Shown here one piece after another: positions 35,920-36,685 of a stretch of 36,685 nt of DNA. Every line of letters starts with the position of its first letter. Position 1 is the stretch's first letter. The stretch is from a virus (lineage: Duplodnaviria > Caudoviricetes): the IMG/VR virus record IMGVR_UViG_3300025112_000068, positions 1 to 36,685 of that record; one strand, 5' to 3'. Under the pieces are notes generated by a model that worked only from the letters and a program-made list of their open reading frames with translations, was not told the origin of the DNA and searched no databases. Position numbers and translations under genes: made by a program.

Positions 35920-36685
35920 ATGGGATTTTTAGACAATAGCGGTGATATTATCTTGGACGCCGTGTTAACTGACACCGGCAGAAAACGATTAGCTGCGGCT
36001 GATGGAAGTTTTCGTATAGCAAAATTTGCTCTTGGGGATGATGAAATAGACTATGGTCTGTACAGAAATGCAAACAGCCTAGAAGGAACACACCCTAGCG
36101 GTTCCGCATATTATGACTTGAATATTTTACAGACACCGGTCTTGGAGGCATTTACGAATAATACTTCTACGATGAAAAGTAGGCTAGTATCTTACTCTCG
36201 TAACGATCTTCTATATTTGCCTGTCATCAAGAACAACGACAAGCTTTCTCAAACAATAGACAAAAATACAACAACGTTTACTGATGTTCCTGTCGGTGGA
36301 TATTTGGTCACGGCGGATTACACAACGTCTGATCCTGCCACCTTTGCCACCGCCGCCGACGCCACAGCCCCGTTTAGAACAAATATTGGAATCCTTAGAG
36401 GAAACAGGACGTTTGCCACTTCTGGGCAGGCTATGGTATTTGACCAGGGTATAGATAATGTTAATTTGTCCGTGGCGTCTCTTGGACCACAAGACCCTAT
36501 CAGAGAAACACAGTACCTTATAGAGATGGACAACCGTTTGTCACAGATTCTATCTCTTGATGGTACAACTGTTGCCCGCCCATCTTTTGTGGATGACGAC
36601 GATATTGCTAGCTATTATATTTCTCTGAATTCTAACTCTGAATTTTTCGCTGCACCTGCGGGCAATGCCCCCGGCATTGCCGAGT
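35920..36685 (+). CDS. virion structural protein with tail-collar-fibre-like N-terminus, 3'-truncated (not in the ORF track)
   Basis: Translated by hand: MGFLDNSGDIILDAVLTDTGRKRLAAADGSFRIAKFALGDDEIDYGLY...HPSGSAYYDLNILQTPVLEAF..., open to the window end, with GAGG RBS. LTxxGRxxLA...IxxFAxGD resembles phage tail-collar fibre (DUF3751-type) N-termini. Confidence 0.8.
   Translation, partial: MGFLDNSGDIILDAVLTDTGRKRLAAADGSFRIAKFALGDDEIDYGLYRNANSLEGTHPSGSAYYDLNILQTPVLEAFTNNTSTMKSRLVSYSRNDLLYLPVIKNNDKLSQTIDKNTTTFTDVPVGGYLVTADYTTSDPATFATAADATAPFRTNIGILRGNRTFATSGQAMVFDQGIDNVNLSVASLGPQDPIRETQYLIEMDNRLSQILSLDGTTVARPSFVDDDDIASYYISLNSNSEFFAAPAGNAPGIAE

Noticed and set aside
1-36685. Stop-codon reassignment (alternative genetic code), as in some large phages
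   Set aside because: The standard code gives near-complete coding density with very long ORFs. TAA, TAG and TGA all occur at gene ends followed by new RBS/start sites.

Overview
All long ORFs in this window lie on the + strand and are tightly packed, with Shine-Dalgarno sites and overlapping start/stop codons. It is best read as part of a large tailed bacteriophage genome (myovirus-like, possibly jumbo). It opens with a GDP-L-fucose biosynthesis pair: a 5'-truncated fcl-like gene that resembles the eukaryotic FX/TSTA3 type, followed by gmd. Next come small genes (an FmdB-type zinc ribbon and a membrane-anchored protein) and a T4 gp55-like late sigma factor. The remaining ~33 kb is a baseplate/tail module: a gp5-like protein with an intact M15 peptidase, a separate spike-like HxH protein, gp25-like and gp6/J-like wedge proteins, a DNRLRE-like protein, a 3822-aa wedge/LamG giant, three more >1100-aa unknown proteins, and two proteins with related tail-collar-fibre-like N-termini (the last runs off the window and is missing from the ORF track). 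The main signals are: (i) [S/T]-G-S enrichment in a subset of virion proteins near the fucose genes, a candidate virion glycosylation system; (ii) a ~110-140 aa plug-in domain present four times across two genes; (iii) a shared (C/G)TAHTTAWT motif upstream of structural genes, a candidate late promoter; (iv) a 12-bp coding VNTR and Gly-rich GGY termini. All family calls come from motif recognition by eye; no database searches were run.
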